Source of the DNA: an uncultured Planctomycetales bacterium
GTDB taxonomy: Bacteria; Omnitrophota; Gorgyraeia; Aquiviventales; Aquiviventaceae
Length of the DNA: 60,770 nucleotides
Assembly: GCA_964373175.1 (NCBI GenBank)
Contig: CAYJTP010000003.1
Coordinates: 12,177-72,946 of the forward strand
Direction: 5' to 3'
Positions 43,404-51,579 of this stretch are shown here, one piece after another. The notes under the pieces were generated by a model. The model was not told where the DNA came from, ran no database searches, and was given only the letters and a program-made list of their open reading frames with translations. How positions within the stretch are numbered: position 1 is the stretch's first letter; the number at the start of each line of letters is the position of its first letter. The position numbers and the translations under genes were made by a program.

Positions 43404-44633
43404 TTAGTCCCCAGCCCAACCACCCTTGCCACTACTACTACCTCCGCTGGAGCTGCCACCGCTTGAGCTTGAGGAGCTGCTTGAGCTTGAGGAGCTGCTT
43501 GAGCTTGAGGAGTTCGTCACGTCGACAAAATCAGGAAGTCCATCACCCCCACTGCTGCCCCCGCGGTTGCCCCAGAAATTGACCACGATCTTGGCCAGGG
43601 TCGGGCTGAAGTTCACAGGGTTATTGTCCACTCGCTTGTCATATAACGCATAGCCCCCCGCGCCTTCTGCGACTGGCGCGCCAGCCGGCCGGTTCATCGT
43701 GACCTTCTTCACCACGGCGGCGCCTTGGAACCAATGGCCTTCGATCACCATCGGCATGGTGGGGGCATAGATCAACGCGGCGGTCCGGCCCGTCTGGCCT
43801 CCATTGCCGCCCTTCAGGACGATGGCATCGTCACTGCCTGGACGCGGCTTGGCAAAAATCCTCAAGTTCTCAGCCCGATAGCGCTTCGGGTGGTTCGGGT
43901 CCGGATTGGGATCGTTCGAGTGCTTGCCGTAGAGAAAGCTGTTGTCTACGAGAATGGGGCCCTCCACGTACAAATCCACCGGATTGCCGTCGGTGCGCAG
44001 GATGGCCCCGTTGGTCAGCGAAATCCACGTCGCATAGTACGTGATCGCGTAGGTTCTTCGATCAATGACGACCGTGCCTCCCGGCAGAATGACCGGTACG
44101 CCTCCACTCAGGACGAGTTCATTATTCACTGCCCCAGGAATCTGATGGACAAAGCCGGTGATCGCCGTAGGCACCTTAACAGGAGCCAGCTCAGGCATGT
44201 CGAGAGTCTTGCGTTGTCCGTCCCACGTGCTGTTACTCGTCGTGACCACCGAGGAAATAGGTGGAGCCTCATCCTTTAAGAAAATGTCGCCCTTGAGGCG
44301 CGATTGCTCCAACAGTTGAATCGTGGTGGGGGTGGCCGCCTGGGTCGACGCTAAGGCCATCGAACTTTTTTCCGAGCTGACCCCCCCGTCCGAACTGGAT
44401 CCGCCGCTGGAACTCGAACTGCTACTCGATCCACCGCTGGAGCTCGAACTACTACTCGATCCCCCACTCGAACTCGAGCTTGAACTTGAGCTTGAACTTG
44501 AGCTTTCCCCCATGCCACCTCCTGCGAGGGCAAGAGGAATCGTTGCGACGAGCAACACCAGGACCATCGCCAGGTGGAGAAAGGTAATCGCCGATTGACG
44601 CATCACACGTGTCTCGTTCGTCACTGTTCTCAT
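43404..44633 (-). CDS. secreted Ser-rich protein homologous to the C-terminal body of the large PilX-like protein
   Basis: Start taken at MRTVTNE, 4 nt after the upstream stop. Signal peptide and poly-Ser/Gly tracts. The block DLYVEG...NLRIFA...ALIYAP...GAAVVKK aligns with DLYITG...NLRIFV...AVVYAP...GAVVAKQ of 45493-47610. Confidence 0.55.
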   Translation of the reverse strand: MRTVTNETRVMRQSAITFLHLAMVLVLLVATIPLALAGGGMGESSSSSSSSSSSSSGGSSSSSSSSGGSSSSSSSSGGSSSDGGVSSEKSSMALASTQAATPTTIQLLEQSRLKGDIFLKDEAPPISSVVTTSNSTWDGQRKTLDMPELAPVKVPTAITGFVHQIPGAVNNELVLSGGVPVILPGGTVVIDRRTYAITYYATWISLTNGAILRTDGNPVDLYVEGPILVDNSFLYGKHSNDPNPDPNHPKRYRAENLRIFAKPRPGSDDAIVLKGGNGGQTGRTAALIYAPTMPMVIEGHWFQGAAVVKKVTMNRPAGAPVAEGAGGYALYDKRVDNNPVNFSPTLAKIVVNFWGNRGGSSGGDGLPDFVDVTNSSSSSSSSSSSSSSSSSGGSSSGGSSSGKGGWAGD

Positions 44634-44637
44634 GGGA

Positions 44638-45294
44638 TTAATTCCCTGATCCTCCCCCACTGGAACTCCCGCTGCTTGAGCTCCCGCTGCTTGAGCTCCC
44701 GCCGCTTCCGATTCCTTCGCCGAGGTGGCCGACCACCCCGGAGTGGGCTTCGATGGAGTCGAGGGCGAAGATCGCGTGTTTAAAGGTATAGACAGGCTTT
44801 CGCCGCTCAATCTCTCCGGCGATGAGGTGGGTGGCCTGCCTAGTCCCCTTGCTGGCTGTACCTTGGCTGACAATGCGGTAGCGATCGAACTGTCCGGTTT
44901 GGCGATCGGCGAGACAAATCTGGTAGGTGGTGCTGAGCGCGTTGTTGAGAAGGAACAGAGCCTGTGAGGTGATGCAACTGGCTTCGCAGTTGGTACGTCC
45001 GTCGCGTCGGCATTGTGGGTTGTCCTTTAAGGGGGTCGTGAGGGTGTCTGGAGGATTCCATAAGAGGCTGTTGAAGGCCAGATCAAGACCCGTTTCCGAG
45101 GTCCAGAAGGCCTGGCTGAGATCGACGGTGCGTTCGGATGTCCGGAGATCCTGGGTGCTGCGGGTGAGCATGGCGGTTGAGAGCGCCACGATCCAGATGA
45201 CCAGAAAGTAGCAGTAGCCGAGGAGGGCAAACCCGCCCTCCGACTGCAGCAGGGAACAGCGGTGTGTTCGAGCCTGACAGGTTGTGTGCGTCAT
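44638..45294 (-). CDS. PilX N-terminal domain (type IV pilus minor-pilin-like) protein, short form
   Basis: MTHTTCQARTHRCSLLQSEGG/FALL prepilin-like leader, a hydrophobic helix, and QAFWTSETGLD. The first 25 codons are identical to those of 45493-47610. Confidence 0.6.
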   Translation of the reverse strand: MTHTTCQARTHRCSLLQSEGGFALLGYCYFLVIWIVALSTAMLTRSTQDLRTSERTVDLSQAFWTSETGLDLAFNSLLWNPPDTLTTPLKDNPQCRRDGRTNCEASCITSQALFLLNNALSTTYQICLADRQTGQFDRYRIVSQGTASKGTRQATHLIAGEIERRKPVYTFKHAIFALDSIEAHSGVVGHLGEGIGSGGSSSSGSSSSGSSSGGGSGN

Positions 45295-45313
45295 CTCTCG
45301 CCTTCGGCAGCCC
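45220..45313. repeat. 94-bp perfect direct repeat, copy A
   Basis: Identical to 47536-47629. Covers 19 nt of leader plus codons 1-25 of the short PilX-like gene. Confidence 0.95.
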
Positions 45314-45331
45314 AACCACCCTTCGGGTGGC

Positions 45332-45380
45332 GTTTACAGTTTACCGTGTACCGTTCACCGTACACCGTTCACGGTACACC
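45332..45380. repeat. word-repeat element (ACCGTACAC family)
   Basis: GTTTACAGTTTACCGTGTACCGTTCACCGTACACCGTTCACGGTACACC, in the leader of the short PilX-like gene. Confidence 0.7.
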
Positions 45381-45393
45381 GCCCGTTGGGTTT

Positions 45394-45425
45394 GTGGCTT
45401 TGCGCCATACGGTTGCCCGTATGTT
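45394..45425 (-). promoter_or_regulatory. conserved 32-nt leader element, copy A (short PilX-like gene)
   Basis: Identical to 47740-47771. On the minus-strand RNA it contains CAUACGG-GCAA-CCGUAUG (7-bp stem, GNRA loop). Confidence 0.5.
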
Positions 45426-45492
45426 GCCTTTCTCGTGTGCGAGCCTTCCTTGGAAATAGCAAGGGAACAGATGATTCGTGGGACGGCGTTCA

Positions 45493-47610
45493 TTAACAGT
45501 GCATCGGCACGCCGTTCTCGTCGAGCTGTGGACCCTTTCCACCACCACAGCGACCCCCACTGCTACTGCTACTGCCAACACCTCCACTACTACTTCCCCC
45601 ACGGTCTTCACCCCTGTCGGTACCCCCTTGGACCAAGAAGCGCCCCAGGCGATACCACAGCGTGAAGATTTCTGGCTGTGCGGTGTTCACCGAGAACTTG
45701 GACCCGCCCAGACTCTCATCATAGAACACATGCGAGTTCGTCGAGACGTCCGCTTGCTTGGCCACGACCGCCCCGATCATCGCATGGTAGGGTCCAATCT
45801 TGATGTTGGTCTTTGGCGCATAGACCACCGCGGCGGTCACCCCTGCTGAAAACTGGACGCTTGCCGAGGGCGAGGTCACAAAGATGCGCAGGTTCTTTGG
45901 CGCATACTGATGGAGCGGGGTATGGAACGGTTCCTGCGCGCTGCCGAGTTGTTTCTGGCCATAGAGCTCGCCCCCATGCTGGGAGATATTGCCGGTGATG
46001 TAGAGGTCAACGGGTCCCTGCGTCCAGAGGACTGGCGAGACCTGGTCGGTTTTGTAGGTCGTCTGCGTGACGTACTCGGTTTTTGTCTGATAGGTCACCA
46101 CGTCTTTGTAGGTGGTTTTTGCGACCATCTTCGTCTGACACTGGTTTGTCGTCGAGCACTGGTTTGTCGTCGAGCACTGGTTTGTCGTCGAGCACTGGTT
46201 TGTCGTCGAGCACTGCTGGGTCGTCACCGGGGTGCAGGTCGTGACGGGGTTGCAGGTTGTCACCGGGGTGCAGGTCGTCGAGCACTGGTTTGTCGTTGTG
46301 CAGGGGTTCCCGGCTGCATAGGCCGGTTCTCCAAAGAGCAAGCAGAGCATCCAGTTCTCGGCATCCGGTTGCCTGTCCCACAAAAACGCGTCACCACCAC
46401 CCCCGCCCCCGTCTGAGGGACAGACCGTCACGGGTGTGCACTTCGTGGTGCATTGGTTCGTCGTCGAGCACTGGTTCGTCGTCGAGCACTGCTGGGTCGT
46501 CACCGGGGCGCAGGTCTGAACGGGCGTACAGGTCTGAACGGGCGTACAGGTCTGGACCGGCGTGCAGGTGGTCACATCTTGGCAGGTCGTGACCGGCTCC
46601 TGCGTCGTGACCGGCTCCTGCGTCGTGACCGCCACCTGCGTGGTGACAGGGACCTGGGTCGTGACCGGCACCTGGATGGTGGCGGTGTCCATGGACAGGT
46701 TGCTGGCTTTGTAGACACCTGGCGCAAGCGATCGCGTCGTCCCATTGAGCACGATGGCTCCAAGATTCTGTGCAGTGCTTGGAGGCACGATGGAAGTTGG
46801 GAGGAGCGCCTGCTGCTCGAGCTCCCCCACCGTCGCTGCTCCCTGCGAGTTTTCGAAGGTACTGCTCCTGTCAACGGTGACCGCCGTCGTGGGAACGCCC
46901 TTGGGGATCAGGATATCGCCCTTGACGGTGGAACTATTCGCAACTTTGATCAGATCGGTTTGGTCCTTCGCCGTGGTGGCGAGGTTCCCGTAGCGTCTCG
47001 TCTCATATGATTGGGGCAACTTGAATTTGTTGTTTTCATATCCCCCGAGGAGCGCTGACGCAATGGATCCGAAGGTTGAGCTGTTCACGCTGATCTTGTC
47101 GGTTGACAGGAGCGCGTTGGTGAGTCGCAGGTTACTTGACGGGATCGTCACAAGCATCGTGATGTCCTGGGCGATCGTGTTGCTGACCCCTGTGGCGATG
47201 ACGTTGTATTGGCCTGTTTCGGTGAGGCAGATGTCGTAGCTGCTGACCGTGGGACTGCTCTGATTCGATGCGAGCGTGTCGGCGGCTACGGGGATGGGAG
47301 TCGCTGAGGTGGTGTTCGACGCCAGCAGACTGGTCTTTGTAATGCAGTAGTTTGTGGCGAGTGCTGGGGGATTGACCTTGAGGGTGTACAGCGATTCATC
47401 GAGGGCCGCTTCGGCTTGCCAGAACGCCCGGTTTTGCTCCAGGGCAATCTGGGCATGCCGGACCTCCATGGAGCTTCTGGTGAACATGGCGGTGGTCAGG
47501 AGGGTAAACCAGAACACGAGAAGATAGCTATAGAGGAGGAGGGCAAACCCGCCCTCCGACTGCAGCAGGGAACAGCGGTGTGTTCGAGCCTGACAGGTTG
47601 TGTGCGTCAT
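45493..47610 (-). CDS. PilX N-terminal domain protein, long form with Cys/Thr hexapeptide repeat stalk
   Basis: Same leader and helix as the short form. Repeats (VTTQxP)n, (TPVQTC)3 and (QCSTTN)n, followed by a C-terminal beta-rich body. Confidence 0.6.
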   Translation of the reverse strand: MTHTTCQARTHRCSLLQSEGGFALLLYSYLLVFWFTLLTTAMFTRSSMEVRHAQIALEQNRAFWQAEAALDESLYTLKVNPPALATNYCITKTSLLASNTTSATPIPVAADTLASNQSSPTVSSYDICLTETGQYNVIATGVSNTIAQDITMLVTIPSSNLRLTNALLSTDKISVNSSTFGSIASALLGGYENNKFKLPQSYETRRYGNLATTAKDQTDLIKVANSSTVKGDILIPKGVPTTAVTVDRSSTFENSQGAATVGELEQQALLPTSIVPPSTAQNLGAIVLNGTTRSLAPGVYKASNLSMDTATIQVPVTTQVPVTTQVAVTTQEPVTTQEPVTTCQDVTTCTPVQTCTPVQTCTPVQTCAPVTTQQCSTTNQCSTTNQCTTKCTPVTVCPSDGGGGGGDAFLWDRQPDAENWMLCLLFGEPAYAAGNPCTTTNQCSTTCTPVTTCNPVTTCTPVTTQQCSTTNQCSTTNQCSTTNQCSTTNQCQTKMVAKTTYKDVVTYQTKTEYVTQTTYKTDQVSPVLWTQGPVDLYITGNISQHGGELYGQKQLGSAQEPFHTPLHQYAPKNLRIFVTSPSASVQFSAGVTAAVVYAPKTNIKIGPYHAMIGAVVAKQADVSTNSHVFYDESLGGSKFSVNTAQPEIFTLWYRLGRFLVQGGTDRGEDRGGSSSGGVGSSSSSGGRCGGGKGPQLDENGVPMHC
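46139..46210. repeat. perfect tandem repeat, 4 x 18 bp (CACTGGTTTGTCGTCGAG)
   Basis: Encodes (QCSTTN)4 on the minus strand. Degenerate 18-bp-period arrays continue to about 46680. Confidence 0.9.
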
Positions 47611-47629
47611 CTCTCGCCTTCGGCAGCCC
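47536..47629. repeat. 94-bp perfect direct repeat, copy B
   Basis: Identical to 45220-45313. Covers 19 nt of leader plus codons 1-25 of the long PilX-like gene. Confidence 0.95.
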
Positions 47630-47739
47630 TGCTACCCCACACCCAGCGCGAACCCCTTTCGTCGTACCAACACCGTCGCGTTCAGCGCATGCATTCCGCC
47701 ATGATCACCGCGATGAATGCAGCGCTGGGTGTGGGGCCA

Positions 47740-47771
47740 GTGGCTTTGCGCCATACGGTTGCCCGTATGTT
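47740..47771 (-). promoter_or_regulatory. conserved 32-nt leader element, copy B (long PilX-like gene)
   Basis: Identical to 45394-45425. Lies downstream of the predicted promoter, so it falls in the 5' leader. Confidence 0.5.
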
Positions 47772-47806
47772 ACCCTTTCGGAGCGAGCCGTTCTTTGGTC
47801 ATTACG

Positions 47807-47836
47807 ACTATACCACGCCGGGCCATCTAGTGTCTA
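47807..47836 (-). promoter_or_regulatory. sigma70-like promoter with AT-rich UP-like tract for the long PilX-like gene
   Basis: On the minus strand, TAGACA-N18-TATAGT. Preceded (47838-47878) by the only strongly AT-rich tract in the window. Confidence 0.45.
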
Positions 47837-47913
47837 GTTATTTTAAAACATTTTTTAAATAGTACATTTAATTAGTCAGGTAGAGGGCCTTTCTGCTGGA
47901 GTTCGTGGTTGAT

Positions 47914-48906
47914 CTAGGGAATCAAAAGGTGCGTTTGGAAGAAACGGAGACTCGCGTACTTCAGGTAGGGAAGCACGAGATACGTCGTATAGTGGCCAAG
48001 TGGAATAAACACCGCCTCAGGGCGTCCGGCTGCCTTCCAGAGCCGGAGGGCGTTTGGCGTGCCGATGGTCCGGTCAATCAAGGCAATCACCATCAGGAGC
48101 TGGCGTGAATCGACATACGGCGTAAGGCGCAGGGGGTCCGTCTGCAGCTGCTCTGCGAGGATGGCGTGCATCGTGGCCGGGTCAAGGTGGTGAGCGGCTA
48201 AGTACTTGGCGCGCGGCTTGGCAATGAGCTTGTCGCGGGAATCGCGCAGGATATCCGCGAGGCTGCCTCCAGCGAGTGCAACGACATGGCATCGCAGCCG
48301 CGGGTCAACCGCCGCCGTCATGAGGTTGGCAATCCCTCCCATGCTGATGCCAAAGCCGCAAAGACGTGTTGAATCGACCTGGGGGTGACTCGCGATCCAA
48401 TCGAGGATCTGGCGGTTGCGGAAGATTCCTTGTCGCAGCAGCAGCTCCAGGTGCTTGGCATCTTTTTCGGGTGACACCTTCAAGGTCTTGCGGTGGACCA
48501 AGGCGACATGGAAGCCGCGGCTTGCGAAAAAGCGGCAGATGCCGCGTTCGAGCGGGTAGTCCCCGCCGAGGATCGGCGAGAAGAGAATTGCCGGATGCTT
48601 CCCGGGACGGATGACCTCAAACCACTCGAATTCGACGGTGGGCTCGGTCGGCTCAAAATCAGGCGCGGTAAGGGGAAACCGCACAAGCAGCCGCTGGTAG
48701 CGGCGTCGGACCTCGAGTGGTTCACTCGTGGCTTGAGGGGTCGTCTGAGGATAGGTGTAGTACGCGGTCATCTCACGGGGAAGCCGGAGCGGACCGCGAT
48801 ACCGGGCATCGAGGGGCACATGGGCGCAACCGGTTGCCCCAGTCACCAGGAACCAGGAACCAGTAACCAGAGAAAGAAAAGAAAGGGGTCTGTTGATTTC
48901 CATCAC
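47914..48906 (-). CDS. alpha/beta hydrolase lipoprotein
   Basis: Lipobox LVTGATGC and nucleophile elbow GFGISMGG. Confidence 0.7.
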   Translation of the reverse strand: MMEINRPLSFLSLVTGSWFLVTGATGCAHVPLDARYRGPLRLPREMTAYYTYPQTTPQATSEPLEVRRRYQRLLVRFPLTAPDFEPTEPTVEFEWFEVIRPGKHPAILFSPILGGDYPLERGICRFFASRGFHVALVHRKTLKVSPEKDAKHLELLLRQGIFRNRQILDWIASHPQVDSTRLCGFGISMGGIANLMTAAVDPRLRCHVVALAGGSLADILRDSRDKLIAKPRAKYLAAHHLDPATMHAILAEQLQTDPLRLTPYVDSRQLLMVIALIDRTIGTPNALRLWKAAGRPEAVFIPLGHYTTYLVLPYLKYASLRFFQTHLLIP

Positions 48907-48912
48907 TGACGC

Positions 48913-50139
48913 TTACTGCGGCTTGCTCACGGTGGATGGCTTGCTTTCTTGAGAGGACTCTCCAACAGGCGCTGTCACGTAAATGGGATTGGAGAAGATC
49001 CAGGGCTTGCCTTGGCGGGTGGCTTCCAGGCGGTAGACGCCGGGCTCCCGGACCGGAACGTGCCACACGGCTCCGCTCGAGGTGGCGATCTGTTGCCCAT
49101 CCTTGAACAAGGCGAGTTGGGCTGGGGCGGGCAGGATCGCCGTCAGCTGGAGATTGGGCATAAGGCTGACCTCATCACCCATGATCCCCACCACCGTCGT
49201 CGTATCCTCCGCCATGAACGTGAAGTGGCTTGCATCCGTGACAAGGTCGATAGAGAAATAGGCATGGCCATGGCGCAAGGCGTCGTAGAGCGCTTCGGCG
49301 GAGACCTTGGCGTCTCGAATCAAGAGGTGGGTTCGGATCAACTTGAACATGATGTCATAGGGGGCGATTTTGAGGCCGAGCAAACGCACCTCGTGGGCAT
49401 CGCTTGAACCGATCCCCACCACCTTGCCGTGGAGGCGCAAGAGCTCATCCCATTTGGCCAGGGGATCGTAGGGACGTGCCACAATCGAGAGAAACATGGC
49501 ATCCGCCGGCATCGTGAAACTCCACAACACCAGTTGGAGTTTGCTGTGGTCGAGGGATTCGTGGGCCACGTTAAAACCCTCCACGCCTGTGAAGCCGTGG
49601 ACGGTCCAGTCGGTCCAGCGGCGTTTCCGGAAGTAGGGATGCGCGATGAAGCCTAAGCCCCCTTGGCGGTTGACCTCGTCGATGATGGCTTGCGTGGGCT
49701 GGTGGCGAGAAATCTCGTCCTGGACATTCAAGGCGAGATAATGCCCGCCGCGCGTGGAGATTTCCTCGCCCACCAAGATCAGGGTCATGCCATACCAGCC
49801 CTGCTTGCCATCGCGTAGGGGTTTCAGGGTGTTATGATCCGTGACGATCAGGTAGTCGAGTTGTTGCTGGTTGGCGACGCGGGCGATGTCCTCAAAGGTG
49901 CCGCCGCCGTCGGAATACACCGTGTGGATGTGGATGACGCCGGTGACATCGTGATACCCGTCATCGAGCACTTCCGCTGCGTACGGTTCCCCGTGAGGCA
50001 CATGTCGCTTGATCGGGCTCACGAAGGCGCAACCCGCTGCGAGCAGACAAAGCAGCAAGATAGTGGCGAAGTGGCGAAGTGGCGAAGTGGCGAGGCAAAC
50101 CCTTTGCCACTTTGCCATCTTGCCACTTAGCCACTGCAT
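48913..50139 (-). CDS. PHP-domain (CehA/McbA-like) metallohydrolase lipoprotein
   Basis: Start taken 2 nt after the pmbA stop. Lipobox LLAAGC. HIHTVYSDGGG PHP motif. Confidence 0.7.
   Translation of the reverse strand: MQWLSGKMAKWQRVCLATSPLRHFATILLLCLLAAGCAFVSPIKRHVPHGEPYAAEVLDDGYHDVTGVIHIHTVYSDGGGTFEDIARVANQQQLDYLIVTDHNTLKPLRDGKQGWYGMTLILVGEEISTRGGHYLALNVQDEISRHQPTQAIIDEVNRQGGLGFIAHPYFRKRRWTDWTVHGFTGVEGFNVAHESLDHSKLQLVLWSFTMPADAMFLSIVARPYDPLAKWDELLRLHGKVVGIGSSDAHEVRLLGLKIAPYDIMFKLIRTHLLIRDAKVSAEALYDALRHGHAYFSIDLVTDASHFTFMAEDTTTVVGIMGDEVSLMPNLQLTAILPAPAQLALFKDGQQIATSSGAVWHVPVREPGVYRLEATRQGKPWIFSNPIYVTAPVGESSQESKPSTVSKPQ
50062..50134. repeat. word-repeat hairpin (GTGGCGAA/TTGCCAC family) inside the first 26 codons of the PHP gene
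   Basis: AGTGGCGAAGTGGCGAAGTGGCGAAGTGGCGAGGCAAA ... TTTGCCACTTTGCCATCTTGCCACTTAGCCAC. Confidence 0.8.
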
Positions 50140-50141
50140 GG

Positions 50142-51491
50142 TCAGTCTTCGGAGCGACCGGTGAACCGAAACTTCGAAAGATGCAGCATCGGCATCACGG
50201 CACAGGCCCCGTCTTGTGTGGCATCGGCGATGACGCGGCGTTCTTTCGAAATCCCGACGACGTGGTTGAGCGCCTCCAGGAGACTTTGGGTGAAGCGCAT
50301 GGTGGTAATCGGAGCGTTCAATTTGCCGTCCTCGATCAAACACGCCCCCTCGCGGGTCAGGCCGGTCATGAGGGCCTCGCGCGGATTCAACAGGCCGTTG
50401 ATGTAATGAAAGCGAGGGATCAACAGGCCTCGTGGGCAAGCGCGGATGAGATCCTCTCGTCGCGTTGTCCCCGGTTCCACGGACAGGTTTGCGGGAAGCG
50501 GGCCTTCCACCTCATCGGGGGGCAGGGCATGCCCCGTCGAGGGATGGCCATAGAGGAGGCCGTAGGTCGTGTCATAGACGATCCCCGACGCCTTCCCCCG
50601 ATCAATCAACAGCACGCGTTGTTTGGGCGTGCCTTCGAAGTCAAAGGGAACCCGCAAGCCCGCCGGATCGTTGCCGTCGTCGGCAATCGTGATGGCGCGT
50701 GCCATGACCTGTTCCCCCATCCGCCCGGCCAGGAAGCTGGTGCGCTCTTGGAAGCTCTTCGCCCCAAAGGCAATGTAGCCCAGCCACTCCAGGAGCTCGG
50801 CGACCGCCTCAGGCTCCAGGAGGACGGCATACGTCCCGATGGGAAGCGTGATGGGATCGCGGCGATGGAGGCACTGTTTGAGGGAACGCTCCAGCAACTG
50901 CTCGAGGTCCAGTCGGTCGATGTGGCGGTGGACTCCGCTGGCGAACCCGGAGAGTTTGCGATAGAACGTGACCAGTTTGGTTCCCGCCACGGTGGAGGCG
51001 GTGTAACAGGAGACCCGGCGTGAGTTGACCACGGCCAACTCGTCCTCGCCGACCACGAAGGAACCCGCCAGTTGTGCGTCAAGTCCCTGACACACATGAA
51101 AGAGGTGTTTCAGCGTGCCGATCAGTTGTGGGGCGGGGAGCTGGGCGGTGGTCTTCACGTAGTCCTGGGTTGAGCGGCGGTGAACATCACTGGGAAGCGG
51201 CGGGAGATCTTTGAGGGGTGGGGCGTGCCGGGCAATCTCCAACGCCGCCTTGAGACCATGGTGGAGGCTGGCGTGGTCTAAGGTGTCTGTGACGGCGACC
51301 CCCACGCGACGGTCGGCGATGACCTTCACGTAGACCGTCACGCTTTCCTGCACGAGATCCTGGTGGATCCGCGCCATGGCAAACCGCACCACCCGTCGGG
51401 TCTGGGCTTGGGCGCAGACGCTTGTCGCGTCGGCTTTCGAACGTTTCACCAGGCGTTCAAGTTCAGCCAGAATGCGATCAGCGCCAATCAT
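50142..51491 (-). CDS. pmbA: PmbA/TldE metalloprotease subunit
   Basis: TldD/PmbA fold throughout. ATG 51491 (MIGADRILAEL) is preferred because the upstream codons belong to a word-repeat hairpin. Confidence 0.85.
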   Translation of the reverse strand: MIGADRILAELERLVKRSKADATSVCAQAQTRRVVRFAMARIHQDLVQESVTVYVKVIADRRVGVAVTDTLDHASLHHGLKAALEIARHAPPLKDLPPLPSDVHRRSTQDYVKTTAQLPAPQLIGTLKHLFHVCQGLDAQLAGSFVVGEDELAVVNSRRVSCYTASTVAGTKLVTFYRKLSGFASGVHRHIDRLDLEQLLERSLKQCLHRRDPITLPIGTYAVLLEPEAVAELLEWLGYIAFGAKSFQERTSFLAGRMGEQVMARAITIADDGNDPAGLRVPFDFEGTPKQRVLLIDRGKASGIVYDTTYGLLYGHPSTGHALPPDEVEGPLPANLSVEPGTTRREDLIRACPRGLLIPRFHYINGLLNPREALMTGLTREGACLIEDGKLNAPITTMRFTQSLLEALNHVVGISKERRVIADATQDGACAVMPMLHLSKFRFTGRSED

Positions 51492-51579
51492 CGCTCTCTC
51501 GCAGCCACGACACCAAAGACCAGTAACCTGAAACTCGCGATGTTCTGGCAACTGGTTTCTGGTTTCACTCTTTCCTCCA

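Noticed and set aside
46139-46680. The 18-bp repeats as a CRISPR array or a diversity-generating retroelement target
   Set aside because: The repeats are in frame inside a long ORF and encode hexapeptides. There is no reverse transcriptase or template repeat in the window.
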